64,000 nucleotides of DNA, taken from positions 3,782,001 through 3,846,000 of the forward strand of contig OZ024761.1 of the NCBI GenBank assembly GCA_964016885.1, in the 5' to 3' direction. Made by a program: the position numbers and the translations under genes. The notes under the pieces were generated by a model that was given only the letters and a program-made list of their open reading frames with translations, was not told the DNA's origin and did not search any database. Positions 62,942-64,000 of this stretch are shown here, piece by piece; position 1 is the first letter of the stretch, and each line of letters starts with the position of its first letter. Source of the stretch: Eledone cirrhosa (lineage: Eukaryota).

Positions 62942-64000
62942 CTACCTGTTCGGCTCCTGAGGAGCAGGTTGCACAATATCCATGGGCGTATTGGAGGGGT
63001 TGTTTGGTGGGGTGTTGTTCTGTGGTGGAGTGGGGGTGTTTGGTGAGGTGTGGGTGGGGAAACGTTTCAAGAGGACGCGGTTATAGGGTCGAGTACATGT
63101 TTTCCCCACGTCCTCAGGAAAGTTCTCTCTTAGTTTTGCATAGGTGTCCATTGGGAGTCTTATCATTTTTAAATGCGGTTTGTTGGCCGCGCTTGCAAAG
63201 AATTGTCCTTCAGTTTCCACCAAAGGGTCTTTGTGTATTGTTTTTACTAGTTCTTTGTTATTTGTGTTAATGTATGTATACTGTTTTATTTGTGTTGTGT
63301 TTGTTTGTTGTTCTTGTGTGTGCTTACGTTTTGTTGTATGTGTTATGTTTTGGGGTGGGGCGGATTTTGTTTGTTCTGTTTGTTTTGTTTTTGTTGGTGG
63401 TTGTGTGTTTGTTTCGTTTATGTTCGAGTGGTGCTTTCTTTTTTTCCTTTTTACAGGTTGGAAGGGTTCCCCCTCTTCGTCACTAGGTGCCGTTTCCGCT
63501 GGGTCCTCGTCCGTGCTGTCGGGTAGTGGTGTATTTTGGGGTTTTGTTGTATTTGTGTGTGTTTTGGGAGTTGTTTTGGGTGGGGCCGTGTCTTGTGTTA
63601 TTTTTCCCTGTTGTTTTTGTTGTTGTTGTGGTGGTGGTGGTGGAGGTGGTGGTGGTGGTGGTGGTGGCGGTGGTGGTGTGTGGGGTGTAGGCAAAAGAGC
63701 CTTTTTTTTTGTCAATTGAGGACAAGCAGCCCTTAGATGACCCCTGCTTGAACAGTAGTAACATATGGGCCTCCTACCCTCGGCTGAAATATATATAAAT
63801 GTTTCTCCATCGAGGGACACCCTCTGTGGTATTCTAGCGATTCGTTCTGGTCTCATTTGGACCAGAACCTCCACGCTCAAACCGCCGAAAACGTCTGTGG
63901 TGACTTCTCCTACTGAGAGGATTCCGTCCTCGTCTTCTAAAAATCCTGTTAGTACCCAGGAAATGCATGCATTTGGCCGGATTCCGGAGACCCTTATCTT
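62942..64000 (-). CDS. LINE ORF1, C-terminal part (start outside the window)
   Basis: Same CCHC knuckle as copy 1. The poly-Pro tract is 4 residues longer, and there is an I->T change. Confidence 0.9.
   Translation of the reverse strand, partial: KIRVSGIRPNACISWVLTGFLEDEDGILSVGEVTTDVFGGLSVEVLVQMRPERIARIPQRVSLDGETFIYISAEGRRPICYYCSSRGHLRAACPQLTKKKALLPTPHTPPPPPPPPPPPPPPPPQQQQKQQGKITQDTAPPKTTPKTHTNTTKPQNTPLPDSTDEDPAETAPSDEEGEPFQPVKRKKRKHHSNINETNTQPPTKTKQTEQTKSAPPQNITHTTKRKHTQEQQTNTTQIKQYTYINTNNKELVKTIHKDPLVETEGQFFASAANKPHLKMIRLPMDTYAKLRENFPEDVGKTCTRPYNRVLLKRFPTHTSPNTPTPPQNNTPPNNPSNTPMDIVQPAPQEPNR

Larger units (their letters stand above)
59246..64000 (-). mobile_element. Tx1/L1-clade non-LTR retrotransposon, copy 2 (5' part beyond the window)
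   Basis: Nearly identical to copy 1 at offset 39,664. Same 3' junction in the 72-bp unit. Confidence 0.95.

Overview
Repeat-rich eukaryotic (animal) genomic DNA. The SINE/RTE/microsatellite landscape suggests a mollusc, probably an octopus-like cephalopod; this is inference, not proof. The only host gene I can support is an M14B metallocarboxypeptidase (carboxypeptidase D-like) on the + strand. It has a large coding exon (~8002-9019) spliced in phase over a ~37-kb intron to a 143-bp exon (46069-46211). Its third Zn ligand (His->Arg) and catalytic Glu (->Tyr) are replaced, so this domain is a predicted pseudo-peptidase. The rest of the window is transposons and satellites. The most striking system is two intact, nearly identical Tx1/L1-clade LINEs (19582-25220 and 59246->window end, - strand), inserted at the same nucleotide and in the same orientation of a 72-bp tandem-repeat unit. 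That repeat is the internal cargo of a TTAA-flanked piggyBac-type non-autonomous element. This is a sequence-specific retrotransposon parasitising a satellite-carrying DNA transposon, paralleling Xenopus Tx1L/Tx1D. The end of the same piggyBac-type element seeds a 6.4-kb 83-bp satellite. The window also holds many Penelope-type hammerhead ribozyme motifs (some with a non-canonical CAGAAGA core), Penelope, RTE, R4/Dong-like and Helitron remnants, tRNA-derived SINEs and SINE-derived minisatellites.
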